Assembly: GCA_964016885.1 (NCBI GenBank)
Contig: OZ024756.1
Coordinates: 8,432,001 to 8,496,000, forward strand
DNA: 64,000 bases
Direction of reading: 5' to 3'
Origin: Eledone cirrhosa
Taxonomy: Eukaryota
Shown: positions 1 through 15,000 of the stretch, one piece after another
How the letters are laid out: every line of letters begins with the position of its first letter
Position numbering within the stretch: the first letter of the stretch is position 1
The notes under the pieces: generated by a model
Database searches by the model: none
Told to the model about the DNA's origin: nothing
What the model saw: the letters and a program-made list of their open reading frames with translations, nothing else
Translations under genes and position numbers: made by a program

Positions 1-3000
1 GATGATGCAATAACACCTCACCCGTCCTTACTGATGGTACCATAACACCTCACCTGTCCTTACTGATGGTACCATAACACCTCACCTGTCCTTACTAATG
101 GTGCCATTACACCCCACCTGTCCTTACTGATGGTACCATAACACCTCACCTGTCTTACTAATGGTGCCATAACACCTCACCTGTCTTACTAATGGTGCCA
201 TAACACCTCACCTGTCCTTACTAATGGTGCCATTACACCCCACCTGTCCTTACTGATGGTACCATAACACCTCACCTGTCTTACTAATGGTGCCATAACA
301 CCTCACCTGTCTTACTAATGGTGCCATAACACCTCACCTGTCCTTACTAATGGTGCCATAACAACTCACCTGTCCTTACTAATGGTGCCATTACACCCCA
401 CCTGTCCTTACTGATGGTACCATAACACCTCACCTGTCCTTACTAATGGTACCATAACACCTCACCTGTCTTACTAATGGTGCCATAACACCTCACCTGT
501 CCTTACTAATGGTGCCATTACACCTCACCTGTCCTTACTGATGGTACCATACCACCTCACCTGTCCCTACTAATGGTGCATTATCAACTCACATGTCCTT
601 CCTGATGATGCAATAACACCTCACCTGTCCTTACTGATGGTGCCATAACACCTCACCTGTCCTTACTGATGGTACCATAACACCTCACCTGTCCTTACTG
701 ATGTTGCCATAACACCTCACCTGTCCTTACTGATGGTGCCATAACACCTCACCTGTCCTTACTAATGGTACCATAACACATCACCTGTCCTTACTAATGG
801 TACCATAAAAGCTCAGATGTCCTTACTAATGATGACATAACACCTCACCTGTCCTTACTGATGGTGCCATAACACCTCACCTGTCCTTACTGATGGTGCC
901 ATAACAACTCACCTGTCCTTACTGATGTTGCCATAACACCTCACCTGTCCTTACTGATGGTACCATAACACCTCACCTGTCCTTACTATTGGCGCCATAA
1001 CACCTCACCTGTGCATACTGATGGTGCCATAACACCTCACCTGTCCTTACTGATGGTGCCGTAACACCTCACCTATCCTTACTAATGGTGCCATAAAACC
1101 TCACCTGTCCTTACTAATGGTGCCATAACACTTCACCTGTCCTTACTGATGGTGCCATAACATCTCACCTGCTCTTAATAATGGTGCCATAATACTTCAC
1201 CTGTCCTTACTGATGGTGCCATAACACCTCACCTGACCTTACTATTGGTGCCATAATAACTCACCTGTCCTTACAGATGGTGCCATAACACCTCACCTGT
1301 CCTTACTAATGGTGCCATAATACCTCACCTGTCCTTACTGATGGTGCCATAACAACTCACCTGTCCTTACTAATGGTGCCATAACACCTCACCTGTCCTT
1401 ACTAATGGTGCCATAACACCTCACCTGTCATTACTAATGGTACCATAACCCCTCAACTGTCCTTACTAATGGTGCCATAACACCTCACCTGTCCTTACTA
1501 ATGGTGCCATACCACCTCACCTGTCCCTACTAATGGTGCATTAACAACTCACCTGTCCTTACTGATGATGCTATAACACCTCACCTGTCATTACTGATGG
1601 TACCATAACACCTCACCTGTCCTTACTAATGGTGCATTAACAACTCACCTGTCCTTACTGATTGCGCCATAACACCTCACCTGTCCTTACTGATGGTGCC
1701 ATAAAAACTCACCTGTCCTTACTAATGGTACCATAATACCTCACCTGTCCTTACCAATGGTGCCATAACACCTCACCTGTCCTTACTAATGGTGCATTAA
1801 CAACTCACCTGTCCTTACTGATTGCGCCATAACACCTCACCTGTCCTTACTGATGGTGCCATAAAAACTCACCTGTCCTTACTAATGGTACCATAATACC
1901 TCACCTGTCCTTACTATTGGTGCCATAACACCTCACCTGTCCTTACTAATGGTGCCATAATACCTCACCTGTCCTTACTGATGGTGCCATAACAACTCAC
2001 CTGTCGTTATTAATGGTGCCATAACACCTCACATGTCCTTACTATTGGTGCCATAACACCTCACCTGTCCTTACTGATGATACCATAACACTTCACCTGT
2101 CCTTACTATTGGTGCCATAACACCTCACCTGTCCTTACTAATGTTACCTTAACACCTCACCTGTCCTTACTGATGGTGCCATAACACCTCACCTGTCCTT
2201 ACTGATGGTACCATAACACCTCACCTGTCCTTACTAATGGTACCATAAAACCTGAAAGGTCCTTACTAATGGTGCCATAACACCTCACCTGTCCTTACTG
2301 ATGGTGCCATAAAGACTCACCTGTCCTTACTAATGGTGCCATAACACGTCACCTGTCCTTACTATTGGTGCCATAACACCTCACCTGTCCTTACTGATGG
2401 TGTCATAACAGATTACCTCTACTTACTGATGGTGCCATAACACCTCACCTGTCCTTACTGATTGTACCATAACACCTCACCTGTCCTTACTGATGGTGCC
2501 ATAACAACTCACCTGTCCTTACTAATGGTGTCATAACAGATTACCTCTACTTACTGATGGTGCCATAACACCTCACCTGTCCTTACTGATTGTACCATAA
2601 CACCTCACCTGTCCTTACTGATGGTGCCATAACAACTCACCTGTCCTTACTAATGGTGCCATAACACCTCACCTGTCCTTACTAATGGTGCCATAACCCC
2701 TCACCTGTCTTTACTGATGGTACCATAACACCTCACCTGTCCTTACTAATGGTGCCATAACACCTCACCTGTCCTTACTAATGGTGCCATTACACCTCAC
2801 CTGTCCTTACTGATGGTACCATACCACCTCACCTGTCCCTACTAATGGTGCATTAACAACTCACCTGTCCTTACTGATGATGCAATAACACCTCACCTGT
2901 CCTTACTGATGGTACCATAACACCTCACCTGTCGTTACTGATGGTACCATAACACCTCACCTGTCCTTACTGATGGTGCCATAACATCTCACCTGCTCTT

Positions 3001-6000
3001 AATAATGGTGCCATAATACTTCACCTGTCCTTACTGATGGTGCCATAACAACTCACCTGTCCTTACTAATGGTGCCATAACACCTCACCTGTCCTTACTA
3101 TTGGTGCCATAATAACTCACCTGTCCTTACTGATGGTGCCATAACACCTCACCTGTCCTTACTAATGGTGCTATAATACCTCACCTGTCCATACTGATGG
3201 TGCCATAACAACTCACCTGTCCTTACTAATGGTGCCATAACACCTCACCTGTACTTACTAATGGTGCCATAACACCTCACCTGTCATTACTAATGGTACC
3301 ATAACCCCTCAACTGTCCTTACTAATGGTGCCATAACACCTCACCTCTCCTTACTAATGGTGCCATAACACCTCACCTGTCCTTACTGATGGTGCCATAA
3401 CAACTCACCTGTCGTTACTAATGGTGCCATAACACCTCACCTGTCCTTACTCTTGGGGCCATAACAACTCACCTGTCCTTACTGATGGTGCCATAACACC
3501 TCACCTGTCCTTACTGATGGTGCCATAACACCTCACCTGTCCTTACTGATGGTGCCATAACACCTCACCTGTCCTGACTGATGGTACCATAACACCTCAC
3601 CTGTCCTTACTATTGGTGCCATAACACCTCACCTGTGCATACTGATGGTGCCATAACACCTCACCTGTCCTTACTGATGGTGCCGTAACACCTCACCTGT
3701 CCTTACTAATGGTGCCATAAAACCTCACCTGTCCTTACTAATGGTGCCATAACACCTCACCTGTCCTTACTGATGGTGCCATAACATCTCACCTGCTCTT
3801 AATAATGGTGCCATAATACTTCACCTGTCCTTACTGATGGTGCCATAACAACTCACCTGTCCTTAACTAATGGTGCCATGACACCTCACCTGTCCTTACT
3901 ATTGGTGCCATAATAACTCACCTGTCCTTACTGATGGTGCCATAACACCTCACCTGTCCTTACTAATGGTGCCATAATACCTCACCTGTCCATACTGATG
4001 GTGCCATAACAACTCACCTGTCCTTACTAATGGTGCCATAACACCTCACCTGTCCTTACTAATGCTGCCATAACTCCTCACCTGTCATTACTAATGGTAC
4101 CATAACTCCTCACCTGTCCTTACTGATGGTGCCATAACACCTCACCTGTCCTCACTGATGATGCAATAACACTTCACCTGTCATTACTGATGGTGCCATA
4201 ACACCTCACCTGTCCTTACTGATGGTGCCATAACACCTCACCTGTCCGTACTGATGGTACCATAACACATCACCTGTCCTTACTAATGGTACCATAAAAG
4301 CTCACATGTCCTTACTAATGGTGCCATAACACCTCACCTGTCCTTAATGATTGTGCCATAACACCTCACCTGTCCTTACTGATGGTGCCATAACACCTCA
4401 CCTGTCCTTACTCTTGGGGCCATAACAACTCACCTGTCCTTACTGATGGTGCCATAACACCTTACCTGTCCTTACTGATGGTGCCATAACACCTCACCTG
4501 TCCTTACTGATATTGCCATAACACTTCACCTGTCCTTACTGATGGTACCATAACACCTCACCTGTCATTACTATTGGTGCCATAACACCTCACCTGTGCA
4601 TACTGATGGTGCCATAACACCTCACCTGTCCTTACTGATGGTGCCGTAACACCTCACCTGTCCTTACTAATGGTGCCATAAAACCTCACCTGTCCTTACT
4701 AATGGTGCCATAACACCTCACCTGTCCTTACTGATGGTGCCATAACATCTCACCTGCTCTTAATAATGGTGCCATAATACTTCACCTGTCCTTACTGATG
4801 GTGCCATAACAACTCACCTGTCCTTACTAATGGTGCCATAACACCTCACCTGTCCTTACTATTGGTGCCATAATAACTCACCTGTCCTTACTGATGGTGC
4901 CATAACACCTCACCTGTCCTTACTAATGGTGCCATAATACCTCACCTGTCCTTACTGATGGTGCCATAACAACTCACCTGTCCTTACTAATGGTGCCATA
5001 ACACCTCACATGTCCTTACTGATGGTGCCATAACACCTCACCTGTCCTTACTAATGGTGCCATAATACCTCACCTGTCCTTACTGATGGTGCCATAACAA
5101 CTCACCTGTCCTTACTAATGGTGCCATAACACCTCACTTGTACTTACTAATGGTGCCATACCACCTCACCTGTCCCTACTAATGGTGCATTAACAACTCA
5201 CCTGTCCTTACTGATGATGCAATAACACCTCACCTGTCATTACTGATGGTACCATAACACCTCACCTGTCCTTACTAATGGTGCATTAACAACTCACCTG
5301 TCCTTACTGATTGCGCCATAACACCTCACCTGTCCTTACTGATGGTGCCATAAAAACTCACCTGTCCTTACTAATGGTACCATAATACCTCACCTGTCCT
5401 TACTAATGGTGCCATAACGCCTCACCTGTCCTTACTAATGGTGCCATTACACCTCACCTGTCCTTACTGATGGTACCATACCACCTCACCTGTCCCTACT
5501 AATGGTGCATTAACAACTCACCTGTTCTTACTGATGATGCAATAACACCTCACCTGTCCTTACTGATGGTACCATAACACCTCACCTGTCCTTACTGATA
5601 GTACCATAACACCTCACCTGTCCTTACTAATGGTGCCATTACACCTCACCTGTCCTTACTGATGGTACCATACCACCTCACCTGTCCCTTCTAATGGTGC
5701 ATTATCAACTCACCTGTCCTTACTGATGATGCAATAACACCTCACCTGTCCTTACTGATGGTGCCATAACACCTCACCTGTCCTTACTGATGGTACCATA
5801 TCACCTCAACTGTCCTTACTGATGTTGCCATAACACCTCACCTGTCCTTACTGATGGTGCCATAACACCTCACCTGTCCTTACTGATGGTACCATAACAC
5901 CTCACCTGTCCATACTATTGGTGCCATAATACCTCACCTGTCCTTACTATTGGTGCCATAACACCTCACCTGTCCTTACTGATCGTGCCATAACACCTCA

Positions 6001-9000
6001 CCTGTCCTTACTGATGGTACCATATCACCTCAACTGTCCTTACTGATGTTGCCATAACACCTCACCTGTCCTTACTGATGGTGCCATAACACCTCACCTG
6101 TCCTTACTGATGGTACCATAACACCTCACATGTCCTTACTATTTGTGCCATAACACCTCACCTGTCCTTACTGATGGTACCATAACACCTCACCTGTCCT
6201 TACTAATGGTGCCATAATACCTCACCTGTCCTTACTGATGGTGCCATAACACCTCACATGTCCTTACTATTGGTGCCATAACACCTCACCTGTCCTTACT
6301 GATGATACCATAACACGTCACCTGTCCTTACTATTGGTGCCATAACACCTCACCTGTCCTTACTATTGGTGCCATAACACCTCACCTGTCCTTACTGATC
6401 GTGCCATAACACCTCACCTGTCCTTACTAATGGTGCCATAACACCTCACCTGTCCTTACTGATGATACCTTAACACCTCACCTGTCCTTACTGATGGTGC
6501 CATAAAGACTCACCTGTCCTTACTGATGGTGCCATAACAACTCACCTGTCCTTACTGATGGTGCCATAACAACTCACCTGTCCTTACTATTGGTGCCATA
6601 ACACCTCACCTGTCCTTACTGATGATACCATAACACCTCACCTGTCCTTACTGATGGTACCATAACACCTCATCTGTCCTTACTATTGGTGCCATAACAC
6701 CTCACCTGTCCTTACTGATGGTGCAATAACAACTCACCTGTCCTTACTGATGGTGCCATAACAACTCACCTGTCCTTACTATTGGTGCCATAACACCTCA
6801 CCTGTCCTTACTGATGGTGCCATAACAACTCACCTGTCCTTACTGATGGTGCCATAACAACTCACCTGTCCTTACTATTGGTGCCATAACACCTCACCTG
6901 TCCTTACTGATTGTACCATAACACCTCACCTGTCCTTACTGATGGTGCCATAACAACTCACCTGTCCTTACTAATGGTGCCATAACAACTCACCTGTCCT
7001 TACTAATGGTGCCATAACACCTCACCTGTCTTTACTGATGGTACCATAACACCTCACCTGTCCTTTCTAATGGTGCCATAACACCTCACCTGTCCTTACT
7101 AATGGTGCCATTACACCTCACCTGTCCTTACTGATGGTACCATACCACCTCCCCTGTCCCTACTAATGGTGCATTAACAACTCACCTGTTCTTACTGATG
7201 ATGCAATAACACCTCACGTGTCCTTACTGATGGTGCCATAACACCTCAACTGTCCTTACTGATGTTGCCATAACACCTCACCTGTCCCTACTAATGGTGC
7301 ATTATCAACTCACCTGTCCTTACTGATGATGCAATAACACCTCACCTGTCCTTACTGATGGTACCATAACACCTCAACTGTCCTTACTGATGTTGCCATA
7401 ACACCTCACCTGTCCTTACTGATGGTACCATAACACCTCAACTGTCCTTACTGATGTTGCCATAACACCTCACCTGTCCTTACTGATGGTACCATAACAC
7501 CTCAACTGTCCTTACTGATGTTGCCATAACACCTCACCTGTCCTTACTGATGGTACCATAACACCTCAACTGTCCTTACTGATGTTGCCATAACACCTCA
7601 CCTGTCCTTACTGATGGTGCCATAACACCTCACCTGTCCTTACTGATGGTACCATAACACATCACCTGTCCTTACTAATGGTACCATAAAAGCTCACATG
7701 TCCTTACTAATGGTGCCATAACACCTCACCTGTCTTTACTGATGGTCCAAAAACACCTCACCTGTCCTTACTGATGGTGCCATAACACCTCCCCTGTCCT
7801 TACTGATGGTGCCATAACAACTCACCTGTCCGTACTAATGGTGCCATAACACCTCACCTGTCATTACTAATGGTACCATAACCCCTCAACTGTCCTTACT
7901 AATGGTGCCATAACACCTCACCTGTCCTTACTGATGGTGCCATAATGACTCACCTGTCCTTACTAATGGTGCCATAACATCTCACCTGTCCTTACTATTG
8001 GTGCCATAACACCTCACCTGTCCTTACTGATGGTGCCATAACACCTCACCTGTCCTTACTGATGGTGCCATAACACCTCACCAGTCCTTACTGATGTTGC
8101 CTTAACACCTCACCTGTCCTTACTAATGATACAATAACACCTCATCTGTCCTTACTATTGGTGCCATAACACCTCACCTGTCCTTACTGATGGTGCAATA
8201 ACAACTCACCTGTCCTTACTAATGGTGTCATAACAGATTACCTCTACTTACTGATGGTGCCATAACACCTCACCTGTCCTTACTGATTGTACCATAACAC
8301 CTCACCTGTCCTTACTGATGGTGCCATAACAACTCACCTGTCCTTACTAATGGTGCCATAACACCTCACCTGTCCTTACTAATGGTGCCATAACACCTCA
8401 CCTGTCCTTACTAATGGTGCCATTACACCTCACCTGTCCTTACTGATGGTACCATACCACCTCACCTGTCCCTACTAATGGTGCATTAACAACTCACCTG
8501 TCCTTACTGATGATGCAATAACACCTCACCTGTCTTTACTGATGGTACCATAACACCTCACCTGTCCTTACTGATGGTGCCATTACACCTCAACTGTCCT
8601 TACTGATGGTGCCATAACACCTCAACTGTCCTTACTGATGTTGCCATAACACCTCACCTGTCCTTACTGATGGTGCCATAACACCTCACCTGTCCTTACT
8701 GATGGTACCATAACACATCACCTGTCCTTACTAATGGTACCATAAAAGCTCACATGTCCTTACTAATGGTGCCATAACACCTCACCTGTCCTTACTGATG
8801 GTCCAAAAACACCTCACCTGTCCTTACTGATGGTGCCATAACACCTCACCTGTCCTTACTGATGGTGCCATAACAACTCACCTGTCCTTACTAATGGTGC
8901 CATAACACCTCACCTGTCCTTACTCTTGGGGCCATAACAACTCACCTGTCCTTACTGATGGTGCCATAACACCTCACCTGTCCTTACTGATGTTGCCATA

Positions 9001-12000
9001 ACACCTCACCTGTCCTGACTGATGGTACCATAACACCTCACCTGTCCTTACTATTGGTGCCATAACACCTCACCTGTGCATACTGATGGTGCCATAACAC
9101 CTCACCTGTCCTTACTGATGGTGCCGTAACACCTCACCTGTCCTTACTAATGGTGCCATAAAACCTCACCTGTCCTTACTAATGGTGCCATAACACCTCA
9201 CCTGTCCTTACTGATGGTGCCATAACATCTCACCTGCTCTTAATAATGGTGCCATAATACTTCACCTGTCCTTACTGATGGTGCCATAACAACTCACCTG
9301 TCCTTACTGATGGTGCCATAACACCTCACCTGTCCTTACTAATGGTGCCATAATACCTCACCTGTCCATACTGATGGTGCCATAACAACTCACCTGTCCT
9401 TACTAATGGTGCCATAACACCTCACCTGTCCTTACTAATGGTGCCATAACACCTCACCTGTCATTCCTAATGGTACCATAACCTCTCAACTGTCCTTACT
9501 AATGGTGCCATAACACCTCACCTGTCCTTACTAATGGTGCATTAACAACTCACCTGTCCTTACTGATGATGCAATAACACCTCACCTGTCATTACTGATG
9601 GTGCCATAACACCTCACCTGTCCCTACTAATGGTGCATTAACAACTCACCTGTCCTTACTGATGATGCAATAACACCTCACCTGTCATTACTGATGGTGC
9701 CATAACACCTCACCTGTCCTTACTAATGGTGCATTAACAACTCACCTGTCCTTACTGATTGCGCCATAACACCTCACCTGTCCTTACTGATGGTGCCATA
9801 AAAACTCACCTGTCCTTACTAATGGTGCCATAACACCTCACCTGTCCTTACTGATGGTACCATAACACCTCACCTGTCCATACTATTGGTGCCATAACAC
9901 CTCACCTGTCCTTACTGATGGTGCCATAACAACTCACCTGTCGTTATTAATGGTGCCATAACACCTCACTTGTCCTTACTGATGATACCATAACACGTCA
10001 CCTGTCCTTATTATTGGTGCCATAACACCTCACCTGTCCTTACTATTGGTGCCATAACACCTCACCTGTCCTTACTGATTGTGCCATAACACCTCACCTG
10101 TCCTTACTGATGGTACCATAACACCTCACCTGTCCTTACTGATGTTACCTTAACACCTCACCTGTCCTTACTGATGGTGCCATAACACCTCACCTGTCCT
10201 TACTGATGGTACCATAACACCTCACCTGTCCTTACTAATGGTACCATAAAACCTGAAAGGTCCTTACTAATGGTGCCATAACACCTCACCTGTCCTTACT
10301 GATGGTGCCATAACACCTCACCTGTCCTTACTGATGGTGCCATAAAGACTCACCTGTCCTTACTAATGGTGCCATAACACCTCACCTGTCCTTACTATTG
10401 GTGCCATAACACCTCACCTGTCCTTACAGATGGTGCCATAACACCTCACCTGTCCTTACTGATGGTGCCATAACACCTCACCTGTCCTTACTGATGGTAC
10501 CATAACACCTCACCTGTCCTTACTAATGGTGCATTAACAACTCACCTGTCCTTACTGATTGCGCCATAACACCTCACCTGTCCTTACTGATGGTGCCATA
10601 AAAACTCACCTGTCCTTACTAATGGTACCATAATACCTCACCTGTCCTTACTATTGGTGCCATAACACCTCATCTGTCCTTACTGATGGTGCCATAACAC
10701 CTCACCTGTCCTTACTGATGGTACCATAACACCTCACCTGTCCATACTATTGGTGCCATAACACCTCACATGTCCTTACTATTGGTGCCATAACACCTCA
10801 CCTGTCCTTACTGATGATACCATAACACGTCACCTGTCCTTATTATTGGTGCCATAACACCTCACCTGTCCTTACTATTGGTGCCATAACACCTCACCTG
10901 TCCTTACTGATTGTGCCATAACACCTCACCTGTCCTTACTGATGGTGCCATAACAACTCACCTGTCCTTACTAATGGTACCATAACCCCTCAACTGTCCT
11001 TACTAATGGTGCCATAACACCTCACCTGTCCTTACTAATGGTGCCATACCACCTCACCTGTCCCTACTAATGGTGCATTAACAACTCACCTGTCCTTACT
11101 GATGATGCAATAACACCTCACCTGCCATTACTGATGGTGCCATAACACCTCACCTGTCCTTACTAATGGTGCATTAACAACTCACCTGTCCTTACTGATT
11201 GCACCATAACACCTCACCTGTCCTTACTGATGGTGCCATAAAAACTCACCTGTCCTTACTAATGGTACCATAATACCTCACCTGTCCTTACTAATGGTGC
11301 CATAACACCTCACCTGTCCTTACTGATGGTACCATAACACCTCACCTGTCCATACTATTGGTGCCATAACACCTCACCTGTCCTTACTGATGGTACCATA
11401 ACACCTCACCTGTCCTTACTAATGGTGCCATTACACCTCACCTGTCCTTACTGATGGTACCATACCACCTTACCTGTCCCTACTAATGGTGCATTATCAA
11501 CTCACCTGTCCTTACTGATGATGCAATAACACCTCACCTGTCCTTAATGATGGTGCCATAACACCTCACCTGTCCTTACTGATGGTGCCATAACACCTCA
11601 CCTGTCCTTACTAATGGTACCATAAAAGCTCACATGTCCTTACTAATGGTGCCATAACACCTCACCTGGACTTACTGATGGTCCAAAAACACCTCACCTG
11701 TCCTTACTGATGGTGCCATAACAACTCACCTGTCCTTACTAATGGTGCCATAACACCTCACCTGTCCTTACTCTTGGGGCCATAACAACTCACCTGTCCT
11801 TACTGATGGTGCCATAACACCTCACCTGTCCTTACTGATGGTGCCATAACACCTCACCTGTCCTGACTGATGGTGCCATAACACCTCACCTGTCCTTACT
11901 AATGGTGCCATAACACCTCACCTGTCCTTACTATTGGTGCCATAACACCTCACCTGTGCATACTGATGGTGCCATAACATCTCACCTGCTCTTAATAATG

Positions 12001-15000
12001 GTGCCATAATACTTCACCTGTCCTTACTGATGGTGCCATAACAACTCACCTGTCCTTACTAATGGTGCCATAACACCTCACCTGTCCTTACTGATGGTGC
12101 CATAACACCTCACCTGTCCTTACTAATGGTGCCATAATACCTCACCTGTCCATACTGATGGTGCCATAACACCTCACCTGTCCTTACTAATGGTGCCATA
12201 ACACCTCACCTGTCCTTACTAATGGTGCCATACCACCTCACCTGTCCCTACTAATGGTGCACTAACAACTCACCTGTCCTTACTGATGATGCAATAACAC
12301 CTCACCTGTTATTACTGATGGTGCCATAACACCTCACCTGTCCTTACTAATGGTGCATTAACAACTCACCTGTCCTTACTGATTGCGCCATAACACCTCA
12401 CCTGTCCTTACTGATGGTGCCATAAAAACTCACATGTCCTTACTAATGGTACCATAATACCTCACCTGTCCTTACTAATGGTGCCATAACACCTCACCTG
12501 TCCTTACTATTGGTGCCATAACACCTCACCTGTCCTTACTGATGGTGCCATAAAAACTCACATGTCCTTACTAATGGTACCATAATACCTCACCTGTCCT
12601 TACTAATGGTGCCATAACACCTCACCTGTCCTTACTATTGGTGCCATAACACCTCACCTGTCCTTACTGATGGTACCATAACACCTCACCTGTCCATACT
12701 ATTGGTGCCATAACACCTCACCTGTCCTTACTAATGGTGCCATAATACCTCACCTGTCCTTACTAATGGTGCCATAACACCTCACCTGTCCTTACTATTG
12801 GTGCCATAACACCTCACATGTCCTTACTATTGGTGCCATAACACCTCACCTGTCCTTACTGATGATACCATAACACGTCACCTGTCCTTATTATTGGTGC
12901 CATAACACCTCACCTGTCCTTACTATTGGGGCCATAACACCTCACCTGTCCTTACTGATTGTGCCATAACACCTCACCTGTCCTTACTGATGGTACCATA
13001 ACACCTCACCTGTCCTTACTGATGGTGCCATAACACCTCACCTGTCCTTACTAATGGTGCCATAATACCTCACCTGTCCTTACTAATGGTGCCATAACAC
13101 CTCACCTGTCCTTACTATTGGTGCCATAACACCTCACATGTCCTTACTATTGGTGCCATAACACCTCACCTGTCCTTACTGATGATACCATAACACGTCA
13201 CCTGTCCTTATTATTGGTGCCATAACACCTCACCTGTCCTTACTATTGGGGCCATAACACCTCACCTGTCCTTACTGATTGTGCCATAACACCTCACCTG
13301 TCCTTACTGATGGTACCATAACACCTCACCTGTCCTTACTGATGGTGCCATAACACATCACCTGTCCTTACTAATGGTGCCATAATACCTCACCTGTCCT
13401 TACTAATGGTACCATAACCCCTCAACTGTCCTTACTAATGGTGCCATAACACCTCACCTGTCCTTACTAATGGTGCCATACCACCTCACCTGTCCCTACT
13501 AATGGTGCATTAACAACTCACCTGTCCTTACTGATGATGCAATAACACCTCACCTGTCCTTACTAATGGTGCATTAACAACTCACCTGTCCTTACTGATT
13601 GCACCATAACACCTCACCTGTCCTTACTGATGGTGCCATAAAAACTCACCTGTCCTTACTAATGGTACCATAATACCTCACCTGTCCTTACTAATGGTGC
13701 CATAACACCTCACCTGTCCTTACTATTGGTGCCATAACACCTCATCTGTCCTTACTGATGGTGCCATAACACCTCACCTGTCCTTACTGATGGTACCATA
13801 ACACCTCACCTGTCCTTACTGATGGTACCATAACACATCACCTGTCATTACTAATGGTACCATAACCCCTCAACTGTCCTTACTAATGGTGCCATAACAC
13901 CTCACCTGTCCTTACTAATGGTGCCATACCACCTCACCTGTCCCTACTAATGGTGCATTAACAACTCACCTGTCCTTACTGATGATGCAATAACACCTCA
14001 CCTGCCATTACTGATGGTGCCATAACACCTCACCTGTCCTTACTAATGGTGCATTAACAACTCACCTGTCCTTACTGATTGCCCCATAACACCTCACCTG
14101 TCCTTACTGATGGTACCATAACACCTCACCTGTCCTTACTGATGGTACCATACCACCTCACCTGTCCCTACTAATGGTGCCATAACACCTCACCTGTCCT
14201 TACTGATGGTCCAAAAACACCTCACCTGTCCTTACTGATGGTGCCATAACACCTCACCTGTCCTTACTGATGGTGCCATAACAACTCACCTGTCCTTACT
14301 AATGGTGCCATAACACCTCACCTGTCCTTACTCTTGGGGCCATAACAACTCACCTGTCCTTACTGATGGTGCCATAACACCTCACCTGTCCTTACTGATG
14401 TTGCCATAACACCTCACCTGTCCTGACTGATGGTACCATAACACCTCACCTGTCCTTACTATTGGTGCCATAACACCTCACCTGTGCATACTGATGGTGC
14501 CATAACACCTCACCTGTCCTTACTGATGGTGCCGTAACACCTCACCTGTCCTTACTAATGGTGCCATAAAACCTCACCTGTCCTTACTAATGGTGCCATA
14601 ACACCTCACCTGTCCTTACTGATGGTGCCATAACATCTCACCTGCTCTTAATAATGGTGCCATAATACTTCACCTGTCCTTACTGATGGTGCCATAACAA
14701 ATCACCTGTCCTTACTAATGGTGCCATAACAAATCACCTGTCCTTACTAATGGTGCCATAACACCTCACCTGTCCTTACTATTGGTGCCATAATAACTCA
14801 CCTGTCCTTACTGATGGTGCCATAACACCTCACCTGTCCTTACTAATGGTGCCATAATACCTCACCTGTCCATACTGATGGTGCCATAAGAACTCACCTG
14901 TCCTTACTAATGGTGCCATAACACCTCACCTGTCCTTACTAATGGTGCCATAACACCTCACCTGTCATTACTAATGGTACCATAACCCCTCAACTGTCCT